From Candidatus Chromulinivoraceae bacterium (lineage in GTDB: Bacteria; Patescibacteriota; Saccharimonadia; Saccharimonadales; Saccharimonadaceae), in assembly GCA_035478595.1 (NCBI GenBank), contig DATIJL010000010.1, forward strand, positions 35,733 to 99,732: a stretch of 64,000 bases of DNA. The letters run 5' to 3'. This document shows positions 19,461 through 27,997 of the stretch, piece by piece. The first letter of the stretch is position 1. Each line of letters opens with the position of its first letter. The position numbers were made by a program, and so were the translations under genes. The notes under the pieces were generated by a model. The model searched no databases, was not told the DNA's origin, and worked only from the letters and a program-made list of their open reading frames with translations.

Positions 19461-20192
19461 ATGATAACTAGTAGAAACGCACGGGGAGCCAGTGTATCGA
19501 TAATTATTATCGCTGTCTTGTTCATCGCATTGATGGCAACGCTTGGCGTCGTTTTTTACCAGAACTTTATCACTAAGCCGACCTCGAACAATACTCAGCA
19601 AACGACTACAGCACAAACACCAGAAACTGTTACATCGCGGGTTGCTTATGGGAGCTCTATTTATGCGTTAGATTACCCAAAAACATGGGAGGTTATTCCT
19701 AAAACAGACGCGTCATCGAGTACTATTGCAGTAATGAACCCTAGCGGTACTATACGCGTTAACCTTGCTGTTTCTGCGGCGAGTGTCGATACGACTTGCA
19801 ATACGACGGATGGTTTGCAGATTACAAGTTACAATGTAGAAAACATGACAGTAAAGTCGCTCGTAGCTACACCGCTCTATCTTGTTGAGGCGCTCTATGA
19901 CAATACTGGTGGCGGTTATCAATACAAGATTGGCCTCGTTCCAGACGGTGGTGATGTGCACGCTTCAATAGGTGCGACACACTGTAACGTGGCCCATGTT
20001 GGGATCGCATCGACTACATTGATGAATGGCCAAACGATGATTCATCCAACTATTCAGGCGACGATTGATTTTCCTAAACTTCCCGTCACGCCAAAACCTG
20101 CCGCAGATCATATGCAAACAATTCAAGACCTTATGAACTCAAATGATTATAAAGCGGCCGTTAGGGCTCTCGAGTCAGCACGAAAAGAGTAG
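19461..20192 (+). CDS. membrane-anchored exported protein, unknown function
   Basis: 243 aa with one N-terminal TM helix ([21 protein letters not shown]), a T/Q-rich linker and a beta-rich domain with two Cys. Starts 2 nt after the previous stop. Confidence 0.55.
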   Translation: MITSRNARGASVSIIIIAVLFIALMATLGVVFYQNFITKPTSNNTQQTTTAQTPETVTSRVAYGSSIYALDYPKTWEVIPKTDASSSTIAVMNPSGTIRVNLAVSAASVDTTCNTTDGLQITSYNVENMTVKSLVATPLYLVEALYDNTGGGYQYKIGLVPDGGDVHASIGATHCNVAHVGIASTTLMNGQTMIHPTIQATIDFPKLPVTPKPAADHMQTIQDLMNSNDYKAAVRALESARKE

Positions 20193-20205
20193 TATACTAG
20201 GAGAG

Positions 20206-22179
20206 ATGGACCAAAAATTCCAACTCGTTACAAAATATCAGCCAACGGGAGATCAGCCAACAGCGATCGCTCAGCTTATTGAAGGTCTGGAAAAAGGCGA
20301 GCGCGAGCAAACGTTGCTTGGCGTGACTGGCAGTGGTAAAACCTTTACGATGGCGAATATCATTCAAAATCGACAGGTTCCAACACTTGTTCTAGCGCAC
20401 AATAAAACTCTGGCCGCACAACTTTATAGCGAATTCAAATCATTCTTCCCTGAGAATGAGGTTCACTACTTTGTAAGTTACTTTGACTATTACCAGCCAG
20501 AGGCCTACATTTCGAGCAGCGATACGTACATTGAAAAAGATAGCAAGATCAATGACGAAATCGATCGCCTGCGCCATGCAGCAACGTCTGCATTGCTAAC
20601 ACGACGCGACGTTATTATCGTGGCGAGTGTCAGCTGTATCTATGGCATTGGTTCGCCTGATGATTACGCCGAAATGTCCATTAAGGTGATTAAAGGTGAG
20701 CGGCGACAGCAAGATAAATTCGTACGGCTTTTAACGGACATTCAATATCAGCGAAATGATATTGATTTTCATCGTGGTACCTTTAGAGTTAAAGGTGATG
20801 TAGTAGATGTATTCCCGGCTGGACAGGACGTAGCTTATCGGATTGAATTTTTCGGTGATGAGATTGATCGTATTACAAAAATAGACCCACTAACCGGAGA
20901 GATCTTGGACGAACCATCGTTCTGCACGATCTTCCCGAGCAGCCACTATGTGACCCCAAAACAAAAGGTTGAACATGCCATTGAGGGTATTAGAAAAGAG
21001 TTTGATGAGCGTATGGAGTGGTTTGAAAAGCACGATAAACTGCTTGAGGCTCAACGACTTGCTCAACGCACTAAGTATGATATTGAAATGCTTGAAGAAA
21101 CGGGCTTCGTTAAGGGGATCGAGAACTATTCACGTTACCTTACTAATCGTGAACCAGGCGAACAGCCGGCAACGCTACTCGATTATTTTCCAGATGATTT
21201 TTTGCTTTTGGTCGATGAGAGTCACCAGACGTTGCCGCAGGTTCGCGGCATGTATAATGGTGATCGTGCACGAAAGGAAGTGTTGGTTGAATACGGTTTT
21301 CGCTTGCCAAGCGCGCTCGATAATCGACCACTGACCTTTACTGAGTTTGATCACCACATTAATAAGGCGATCTACGTTTCTGCAACTCCAAGCGACTATG
21401 AATTGTCGCATAGTCCGAAGCCGGCCCAACAAATCATTCGCCCGACTGGTCTATTGGACCCACGGATTGAAGTTCGCCCGACCGAGGGTCAGATTGACGA
21501 TCTGATCGCCGAAATTAATGAACGTATTGCAAAGAATCAGCGCGTACTAGTAACGACACTAACGAAGCGCATGGCCGAGGATCTTTCAACGTATATCCAG
21601 GAGATCGGTATTAAAACAGCCTATATTCACAGTGAAGTAGATACTCTAGAGCGGGGCGATATCCTGCGCGACCTTCGGCTCGGCATATACGACGTACTAG
21701 TAGGTATCAACTTGCTGCGTGAGGGTCTGGATTTGCCTGAGGTAAGTATGGTGGCAATTATGGATGCTGATAAAGAGGGCTTTTTGCGTAGTGAAAGTGC
21801 GCTTATCCAAACAATTGGTCGTGCAGCTCGTCACGAGAACGGTACGGTATTAATGTATGCTGATAGGATCACTCGTTCAATGAAAGCAGCAATTGACGAG
21901 ACGAACCGTCGCCGAACTATCCAAGAGGCGTATAATACCGAACATAACCAAAAGCCTATTAGTATCGCAAAAGAGATCGATGAAGGACTCCGGGCAATTA
22001 TCCCGGATAAGGATAAAGATAAACCGCCGCGACTGGATCTTAAAAAGATTCCAAAAGATGAATACAAGACACTTATTAAAGATCTGACAGGGCAAATGGA
22101 ACTAGCAAGTGCTAATCTTGAGTTTGAAAAGGCGGCAGAAATCCGCGATATGATCGCTGATATTCGATCAAAGATGTAA
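20206..22179 (+). CDS. uvrB: excinuclease ABC subunit B
   Basis: 657 aa starting [17 protein letters not shown] after RBS aggagag. Walker [13 protein letters not shown] box and a C-terminal UVR motif ([10 protein letters not shown]). The track start at 20143 overlaps the upstream gene. Confidence 0.95.
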   Translation: MDQKFQLVTKYQPTGDQPTAIAQLIEGLEKGEREQTLLGVTGSGKTFTMANIIQNRQVPTLVLAHNKTLAAQLYSEFKSFFPENEVHYFVSYFDYYQPEAYISSSDTYIEKDSKINDEIDRLRHAATSALLTRRDVIIVASVSCIYGIGSPDDYAEMSIKVIKGERRQQDKFVRLLTDIQYQRNDIDFHRGTFRVKGDVVDVFPAGQDVAYRIEFFGDEIDRITKIDPLTGEILDEPSFCTIFPSSHYVTPKQKVEHAIEGIRKEFDERMEWFEKHDKLLEAQRLAQRTKYDIEMLEETGFVKGIENYSRYLTNREPGEQPATLLDYFPDDFLLLVDESHQTLPQVRGMYNGDRARKEVLVEYGFRLPSALDNRPLTFTEFDHHINKAIYVSATPSDYELSHSPKPAQQIIRPTGLLDPRIEVRPTEGQIDDLIAEINERIAKNQRVLVTTLTKRMAEDLSTYIQEIGIKTAYIHSEVDTLERGDILRDLRLGIYDVLVGINLLREGLDLPEVSMVAIMDADKEGFLRSESALIQTIGRAARHENGTVLMYADRITRSMKAAIDETNRRRTIQEAYNTEHNQKPISIAKEIDEGLRAIIPDKDKDKPPRLDLKKIPKDEYKTLIKDLTGQMELASANLEFEKAAEIRDMIADIRSKM

Positions 22180-22181
22180 CA

Positions 22182-23021
22182 ATGGCAATAAAAATAGCGT
22201 CGTGGAACATTGAAGGCCGACTTACTCGTTATAAGGGTGGCAAAAAACGAGGAACACCCGAACAGATTGTGGAAGAAATTGCCAAACTGAATGCGGATAT
22301 TGTCGTGCTACCGGAGGCATACCTCAACGAGCCACTTAAAGAGAGCGGTGAACGTCTAAAAAATATGGGGTACGAGTGGTACGATGTGCAGTATCACGAT
22401 ACCTTGCATGAGAAAGATGTGGCGAAATGGGGCTACCCGTTTATGCGAGTGCTCTATCGTATTCCGATTATGAGTGCTGAGACGCGGCGCTGGGGTAATA
22501 TGCGTGATCTACCCGTGGTTATTGTCGAAGATCCTGAAACGAAAAAGAAACTTTGTATCATTGCCACACATCTGGACGATCTCACCGAGGAGCGTCGTCT
22601 TCAGCAGCTGGATGAGATTATCCCATTTATTCAGAAGAGCGACATGCCAGTGATAATGCTTGGCGACCTTAACGCGATGTGGCATAAGGGTTGGCCGCGA
22701 CTGCTTACAACTTCGTTTATGCGGTTTATCATTAACCACCTGATGTTTGGTGAGTTGCGCAATGTGCTGTCAAGATTATCACGCATGGCAACTGGTACGG
22801 TCATGAGACGACTGCAAAAAGCTGGTCTAACAGAGGCTGATCCACGCTTGCGTGCAACCACAACACCAAAAATGCGCAGCATGCCATTTATGCCGAGCGT
22901 ACGCTTTGTGCAGATTGACCACGTGCTTGTATCGAAGGGTGTAACGTGTACAATCCCCACCATAGGCAGAGACGGCGGGTCAGATCATCGTTCAGTAAAA
23001 GTGAAAATAACTATTCCATAA
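22182..23021 (+). CDS. endonuclease/exonuclease/phosphatase (EEP, ExoIII-like) family protein
   Basis: 279 aa with N-terminal IASWNIEG, ADIVVLPEA, LGDLNA and C-terminal GGSDHRSV motifs. Starts 2 nt after the uvrB stop. Confidence 0.8.
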   Translation: MAIKIASWNIEGRLTRYKGGKKRGTPEQIVEEIAKLNADIVVLPEAYLNEPLKESGERLKNMGYEWYDVQYHDTLHEKDVAKWGYPFMRVLYRIPIMSAETRRWGNMRDLPVVIVEDPETKKKLCIIATHLDDLTEERRLQQLDEIIPFIQKSDMPVIMLGDLNAMWHKGWPRLLTTSFMRFIINHLMFGELRNVLSRLSRMATGTVMRRLQKAGLTEADPRLRATTTPKMRSMPFMPSVRFVQIDHVLVSKGVTCTIPTIGRDGGSDHRSVKVKITIP

Positions 23022-23052
23022 GCCATAACCGATGTTGTGGACTATGGGACAG

Positions 23053-23108
23053 GCGGATGGTCTGCGCTCAGGTGTCGTGTAGACTCCATGAGTGCAGATA
23101 CCATCCGC
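23053..23108 (-). terminator. long imperfect hairpin downstream of GC-rich cassette 1 (possible terminator)
   Basis: gcggatggtctgc (23053-23065) pairs with gcagataccatccgc (23094-23108), with one bulge and a 28-nt loop. No clear U-run, so function is uncertain. Confidence 0.3.
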
Positions 23109-23144
23109 GCGCCACGAAATGTGGCAGGCAACACACGTCCTAGG

Positions 23145-23501
23145 TTAGCGACGTGGAGAGACCCATCCGGGGCGAACGACCATCTGGCCACGATCGCCTC
23201 GGGCGATCGTGAGCTTGCGGTACTGGTCGGAGCGGAGGTTGTTTACGCCGATTACGACCAGCGCACAGTGCATGTGGTTGTCGTCACCGGTGTCGGGCAG
23301 AAGGACGACCACGTAGGTCGTCTGGGTGCCCAGGGAGGTGATCTGGACGCGCTGACCCTCTCGCTGTCGCATCCACGTGATGTCGAATGCTGCGTTGGTG
23401 TCGAAGCCGGTCGCTACGAGCTCTTTGAGCCGCGCCTGGGCGGGCTGGATCGCAGCTTGCATGGCTTCCATCATCGGGTCAGGCTGGCCAAAACCGTACA
23501 T
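23145..23501 (-). CDS. hypothetical protein, GC-rich cassette 1 (118 aa)
   Basis: ATG at 23501 lies 7 nt after RBS AAGGAGA. Third codon positions are strongly G/C-biased in this frame by my codon-by-codon read. About 63% GC in a hand-counted block against a 42-50% background. No family recognised. Confidence 0.65.
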   Translation of the reverse strand: MYGFGQPDPMMEAMQAAIQPAQARLKELVATGFDTNAAFDITWMRQREGQRVQITSLGTQTTYVVVLLPDTGDDNHMHCALVVIGVNNLRSDQYRKLTIARGDRGQMVVRPGWVSPRR

Positions 23502-23538
23502 CTCGGAGTCTCCTTTGTCGGGGTGGATTGCCTTTATA

Positions 23539-23567
23539 ACTATAGCATAATATTTATGTTAAGTCAA
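23539..23567 (-). promoter_or_regulatory. sigma70-type promoter for cassette 1 (TTGACT-17-TATAGT)
   Basis: On the minus strand the -35 is ttgact (23567-23562), the spacer is 17 nt and the -10 is tatagt (23544-23539). It lies in AT-rich DNA just outside the GC-rich block. Confidence 0.5.
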
Positions 23568-23607
23568 TTTATAATGGAGGTGGATGATGGATAAATTAAG
23601 CAGTAGC

Positions 23608-23636
23608 TTGTTTTTTCGTTTGATTTGTGCTACAAT
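23608..23636 (+). promoter_or_regulatory. sigma70-type promoter for the DEAD-box helicase gene (TTGTTT-17-TGcTACAAT)
   Basis: -35 ttgttt at 23608-23613, a 17-nt spacer ending in the TGn extended element, and -10 tacaat at 23631-23636. Implies a leader of about 145 nt. Confidence 0.45.
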
Positions 23637-23788
23637 TACAAAATTGCATTCGATGAATGTCGAGCCTCTTTCAAAGTCTGGCCCTTAGTGGGCGGCCACC
23701 GAAATATCATCTCGCTGTTCTCCTGAGACATCTCGTCTCTTTTGACTGCATACAGCTATCAAATTGAATAACGAAAGGGTTATTTCTT

Positions 23789-25009
23789 ATGGCATTTCAA
23801 CAACGACGCGGCGGTCGCCCTAATCAAGGGCGCCCACAAGGCGCAGGACGTAGCTTTGGCGGTGGACATCGCGGTGGAAACCGTGGTCCAGCTAAAAAGT
23901 ACATCCACCCATCAAAATTTATTAATAAGGCAGTCACAAAAGCTGATGAGGTTACTTACGAGCCGACTCATAAATTTGCTGATTTCCCATTCGGCGCTGA
24001 GCTGTTTCACAACATCTCTAAAAAGGGTTATGTATTGCCAAGTGCAATCCAAGACCAGGCTATTCCTCACATCATTGACGGAAAAGACGTTATTGGTCTT
24101 GCAAACACAGGTACTGGTAAAACAGCAGCCTTCCTACTTCCAATTATTGAGCGTCAAAGTGGCATTATGCTACGCCCAAGCGTACTTATTGTCGCACCGA
24201 CACGCGAACTTGCTCAGCAGATCGACGAACAATTTCGCGAATTTGCGCATGGTCTTAACCTTTACTCAACCCTTATTGTGGGTGGAGTAAACATTGATCG
24301 CCAAATCCGTGACCTTAAGCGTCGTCCTCACTTTATTATTGGTACTCCTGGTCGTCTTAAAGACCTTATGCAGCGCCGTGTACTACAACTAAAAAACATG
24401 ACAACACTTGTTTTGGATGAAGCTGATCGTATGCTTGATATGGGCTTTTTGCCTGACATTAAGCAGATTGTGAGTGAAATGCCAAAGGAACGTCAGACAT
24501 TGTTCTTTAGCGCTACAATTACTCCTGAAATTTCAGTCTTAGTGAATGACTTTTTGAATGATCCTGTAACAGTGTCTGTTCGTACAACTGAAACGGCGGA
24601 GCATGTTGAACAAGATGTCATCGAAGTTCGTGACAAGAATGAAAAGCTTGAGGTACTGACCGACATGCTTGGTAAGCCAGAATACGAGAAGGTTCTTGTG
24701 TTTGGTGAAACCAAATTTGGTGTCCAGCGCCTAAGTGATCACCTGGATAACATGGGTATTAGCTCAGTTGCTATCCATGGTAATAAAAACCAGTCGCAGC
24801 GTCAGCGTGCCTTGAAGCAATTTAAGGACGAGCGTGTTCGTGTAATGGTGGCAACAGACGTTGCAGCTCGTGGTCTCGATATTCCAAACGTGACACACGT
24901 CATTAACTTCGACACTCCACAAACCTACGAAGACTACGTTCACCGTATCGGTCGTACTGGCCGTGGTGGCGCATCTGGTCGTGCACATACGTTCATCGAA
25001 CAGCGCTAA
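23789..25009 (+). CDS. DEAD-box ATP-dependent RNA helicase with N-terminal RGG-rich tail
   Basis: 406 aa with Q-motif, ANTGTGKT, VLDEADRMLDMGF, SAT and HRIGRTGRGG. The first ~40 residues are Arg/Gly-rich (RRGGRPNQGRPQGAGRSFGGGHRGGNRG). Confidence 0.9.
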   Translation: MAFQQRRGGRPNQGRPQGAGRSFGGGHRGGNRGPAKKYIHPSKFINKAVTKADEVTYEPTHKFADFPFGAELFHNISKKGYVLPSAIQDQAIPHIIDGKDVIGLANTGTGKTAAFLLPIIERQSGIMLRPSVLIVAPTRELAQQIDEQFREFAHGLNLYSTLIVGGVNIDRQIRDLKRRPHFIIGTPGRLKDLMQRRVLQLKNMTTLVLDEADRMLDMGFLPDIKQIVSEMPKERQTLFFSATITPEISVLVNDFLNDPVTVSVRTTETAEHVEQDVIEVRDKNEKLEVLTDMLGKPEYEKVLVFGETKFGVQRLSDHLDNMGISSVAIHGNKNQSQRQRALKQFKDERVRVMVATDVAARGLDIPNVTHVINFDTPQTYEDYVHRIGRTGRGGASGRAHTFIEQR

Positions 25010-25026
25010 GCTAGTATGAAAATTAT

Positions 25027-25053
25027 AAAATACAGTCCTAAGGGCTGTATTTT
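25027..25053 (+). terminator. intrinsic terminator after helicase gene
   Basis: aaaatacag(t)cc / gggctgtatttt hairpin with one bulge, followed by a T-rich run. Confidence 0.6.
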
Positions 25054-25069
25054 ATTTTTATACCGTCCA

Positions 25070-25098
25070 TTGACATACGACTTTATGGCTTTTACAAT
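25070..25098 (+). promoter_or_regulatory. sigma70-type promoter for cassette 2 (TTGACA-17-TACAAT)
   Basis: ttgaca at 25070-25075, exactly 17 nt of spacer, tacaat at 25093-25098. AT-rich context. RBS ggaga lies 5 nt before GTG 25145. Confidence 0.55.
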
Positions 25099-25144
25099 GG
25101 CAATTTGTCATTGTTCAGGACCTGCGAGTTAACTGGAGATTGAA

Positions 25145-25630
25145 GTGGCTCTTGAAGTCGAACAAGTCCTAGCGGCGGCGCGGGTTGCTCTTCACACAAC
25201 TAGCCGTAGAGTAGCCGCCCGCCAAAGGCGTCCCAATCCGGCGATTGACATGCCTCCGGATAGGCTAGCGGCGCTTTTGGAGCTATGGGCAAGTCAGGAT
25301 GCAGGCGAGCCTAAGGCGTATAGGACGCAAGGGTCGCGCCTCCTACCTCAGCCGAAAGGAACGAGGCTGTATGTGGCCACTGGCGGGATCGTGGAAGAGG
25401 CAATCGACCTCGCGCTTGAGCCAACCGGTAGCCACATCTGGACGGTAGTGAATTGCACCGTTCAGGGCAAAGTGTGCACTATGCTTCTAGGCGCAGTTCG
25501 CCTAGAAAGCGGCGAGTGGTCTGTCTTCAGGCAAGTCGCCGCCAGGTCTGGAGACGGTGTCGTGTTCGAGACAGACCAGCACCGGTATCATAACCGCGTG
25601 AAGCGCTCAAAGCAGCATCGCAGTAGCTGA
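25145..25630 (+). CDS. hypothetical protein, GC-rich cassette 2 (161 aa)
   Basis: Only long ORF in this block. GTG start with an RBS. About 63% GC in a hand-counted block. Arg-rich N- and C-termini, no family recognised. An alternative internal start (MPPDRL) is possible. Confidence 0.6.
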   Translation: MALEVEQVLAAARVALHTTSRRVAARQRRPNPAIDMPPDRLAALLELWASQDAGEPKAYRTQGSRLLPQPKGTRLYVATGGIVEEAIDLALEPTGSHIWTVVNCTVQGKVCTMLLGAVRLESGEWSVFRQVAARSGDGVVFETDQHRYHNRVKRSKQHRSS

Positions 25631-25633
25631 GCG

Positions 25634-25672
25634 ATGAGCATGCCCCGTACTCCAGGTGCGGGGCATGCTCAT
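25634..25672 (+). terminator. GC-rich intrinsic terminator of cassette 2
   Basis: Perfect 14-bp stem atgagcatgccccg / cggggcatgctcat with an 11-nt loop, followed by tttat. Confidence 0.75.
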
Positions 25673-25726
25673 TTTATAGGACTCCTCTAATGACAGTAAG
25701 TATCTTATCATGTAAAATAAATAGAT

Positions 25727-26488
25727 ATGAAAGCAATGGTAGAAGTAAGAGACCTAAAGAAACGATACGGCGACAAACAAGCGGTCGACGGTGTCAGCTT
25801 TACGGTTAAAAAAGGTGAGATATTCGGTATTTTAGGGCCGAATGGTGCCGGTAAGACAACAACGCTTGAAATGATGGAAACGCTTCGTCCTATCGACAGT
25901 GGTACGGTTTTGATTGATGGCGTTGATGTTAAAGAAGATCCACAGCGCATCAAGTATCTTATTGGGGTGCAGCCGCAGTCACCTGCATTCCAGGATAAAA
26001 CAAAGCTAATCGAAGTAGTCGAGATGTTCGCCGCTGCATATGGTGAGCACGTTGATGCAATGCAGTTTTTGCGAGATGTCGAGCTTGAAGAGAAAGCAAA
26101 TAGTTACGTGGAGTCGCTCTCTGGTGGCCAAAAGCAGCGCCTTAGTATTACAACAGCATTAGTGCATGGTCCGAAAGTGTTCTTTTTGGACGAACCAACG
26201 ACAGGATTGGATCCGCAGGCGCGTCGTCACCTTTGGGACTTGATTAAGAAAGTCCGAGACAAGGGGATTAGTGTTATCATGACTACCCACTATATGGACG
26301 AAGCGGAGATCCTCTGTGATCGCATCGCCGTGATGGACAACGGAAAGATTGTTGCAACCGATACGCCGCAGAACCTCATCAAACAGTTACTCGACCGCGG
26401 TTTCTCAAAGAAGCAGCATGTTGAGCAGGCTAATCTTGAGGATGTATTTATTGATCTGACAGGCAAGGAGTTACGCGATGGCCAGTAG
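25727..26488 (+). CDS. ABC transporter ATP-binding protein (ABC-2/DrrA-like)
   Basis: 253 aa with Walker A GPNGAGKTT, signature LSGGQKQRL and Walker B FFLDEPTTGLD. Confidence 0.9.
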   Translation: MKAMVEVRDLKKRYGDKQAVDGVSFTVKKGEIFGILGPNGAGKTTTLEMMETLRPIDSGTVLIDGVDVKEDPQRIKYLIGVQPQSPAFQDKTKLIEVVEMFAAAYGEHVDAMQFLRDVELEEKANSYVESLSGGQKQRLSITTALVHGPKVFFLDEPTTGLDPQARRHLWDLIKKVRDKGISVIMTTHYMDEAEILCDRIAVMDNGKIVATDTPQNLIKQLLDRGFSKKQHVEQANLEDVFIDLTGKELRDGQ

Positions 26489-27605
26489 TAATAGCATGAA
26501 ACGATCACTCTATACAGTGAGGACGTTCGTTAAGATCAACACGCGACGCTTCTTCCGTGATAAGCTAGCGTTGTTCTTTAGCATGGGATTCCCGCTTATT
26601 TTCTTGTTCGTGTTTGGTAGTTTAAATAGCGGTAACAAGAACGTATCGTTCAATGTTGCTGTTATTAATGAGTCAAATAGTAGTTTTGCACAGCAATTTG
26701 TAAAAGATGCTGATAAGAGTAGCGTACTCAAGGTTGATGCGACGATAACAACTCTAGATGCTGCAAAAGATAAGATGAGCCGTTCAGAGCTTGATGCTGC
26801 TATTGTGCTGCCGCAGGATTTTGGAACGGTTAAATCAGGAACTCAGACGCCAACAGGTCAGGCGCAAGTTGTATACACACAGAACAACGAACAATCAGGT
26901 CAGGCGCTTAGTAGTGTGTTGCAGGCGCACTTCCAGCAAATCAATGCTAAGTACGTAACCGTTCAACAGCCCTTTAGTGTCCAGACGCAGATGTTAAACG
27001 AGAAGAGTCTGACGGCCTTTGATTATACATTTGCAGGACTTCTCGGATTCTCAATCATTGGTATGGGTATCTTTGGGCCAGTTAATGTCTTTCCAGAGCT
27101 TAAGAAGATGGGAATCCTTCGTCGTCTTAGCACGACACCACTTAGGGTGTGGCAGTATTTCTTAGCAACGATGGTTGGACAGGCTATTATTGGTTTGATT
27201 TCACTTACCATCATGTTCGTTGTCGCCATTGTCGTGTTTCATCTTCAGGTGGTGGGCAACTACTTTGAGCTGGGAATATTCCTTGTACTTGGTATTATTA
27301 CCATCTTGGGAATTGGTCTAGCGCTTGGTGGTTGGGCGCGCAATGAGCGCCAGGCGGCACCACTATCGAACATCATTGTATTTCCAATGATGTTCCTCTC
27401 TGGTACATTCTTCCCCCGGTTCTTGATGCCAGATTGGCTTCAGCACCTTTCAGGGCTCTTACCGCTCACTCCGATTATTGACGGCATCCGTCTTATCGCA
27501 ACGGAAGGTAAGCACTTTACCGACATCTTACCACAGCTTGGACTTGTTGGCATTTGGATGGTAGTAATTTACTTTATTGCATTCCGCGTATTCCGCTGGG
27601 AATAG
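26478..27605 (+). CDS. ABC-2 type transporter permease
   Basis: 375 aa. One N-terminal TM, a large ~150-aa external loop, then five C-terminal TM helices. Overlaps the ATPase gene by 11 nt. Confidence 0.8.
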   Translation: MASSNSMKRSLYTVRTFVKINTRRFFRDKLALFFSMGFPLIFLFVFGSLNSGNKNVSFNVAVINESNSSFAQQFVKDADKSSVLKVDATITTLDAAKDKMSRSELDAAIVLPQDFGTVKSGTQTPTGQAQVVYTQNNEQSGQALSSVLQAHFQQINAKYVTVQQPFSVQTQMLNEKSLTAFDYTFAGLLGFSIIGMGIFGPVNVFPELKKMGILRRLSTTPLRVWQYFLATMVGQAIIGLISLTIMFVVAIVVFHLQVVGNYFELGIFLVLGIITILGIGLALGGWARNERQAAPLSNIIVFPMMFLSGTFFPRFLMPDWLQHLSGLLPLTPIIDGIRLIATEGKHFTDILPQLGLVGIWMVVIYFIAFRVFRWE

Positions 27606-27622
27606 TATAGATCTCTGACTAT

Positions 27623-27657
27623 AAAGACGCCCATTCTTTGAGGGGCGTCTTTTGTTT
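27623..27657 (+). terminator. intrinsic terminator after ABC transporter operon
   Basis: Stem aaagacgccc / gggcgtcttt with a 10-nt loop, followed by ttttgtttat. Confidence 0.7.
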
Positions 27658-27706
27658 ATACGTGTTAAATGTGTATTTTACCTTTTTCATCGGTTATAAT
27701 AGGACT

Positions 27707-27997
27707 ATGACACAAATTTCTCGTGACGACGTGCAACACCTTGCACAGTTAAGCAGCCTGCACCTTTCTGATAGCGATACTGATGGGTTGCAACAAGATA
27801 TTAGTAATATCCTGCAGTATATCGAGCAACTCGGCGAGCTCGATACGACAGGAGTTGAACCGACTTACCAAGTAACGGATCTAGAGAACGTATGGCGTGA
27901 AGATCAGGTGATCGACGATCATGTAACGCGTGAGCAACTTCTGGCTCTCTCACCAGAGGCTAAAAACAACCAAGTTAAGGTGCCGAAAGTATTATAA
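27707..27997 (+). CDS. gatC: Asp/Glu-tRNA(Asn/Gln) amidotransferase subunit C
   Basis: 96 aa starting MTQISRDDVQHLAQLSSLHLSD, typical GatC. Stop overlaps the gatA start (TAATG). The track start at 27638 adds an implausible hydrophobic extension. Confidence 0.9.
   Translation: MTQISRDDVQHLAQLSSLHLSDSDTDGLQQDISNILQYIEQLGELDTTGVEPTYQVTDLENVWREDQVIDDHVTREQLLALSPEAKNNQVKVPKVL

Noticed and set aside
23145-23501. Assigning cassette 1 to the YbaB/EbfC family and cassette 3 (50749-51264) to GlcG/DUF336
   Set aside because: Only vague local resemblances exist (an N-terminal M-x-G-x-G...MQ-rich helix, and a GG..V...SG...D..V pattern). That is not enough without a profile search, so both are left as hypothetical.
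23037-23594. 185-aa plus-strand ORF covering GC-rich cassette 1
   Set aside because: High-GC DNA gives long spurious ORFs on both strands. This frame lacks an RBS and runs through the minus-strand promoter. Its third positions are not G/C-biased, whereas the opposite-strand frame 23501->23145 is biased and has an RBS plus promoter.
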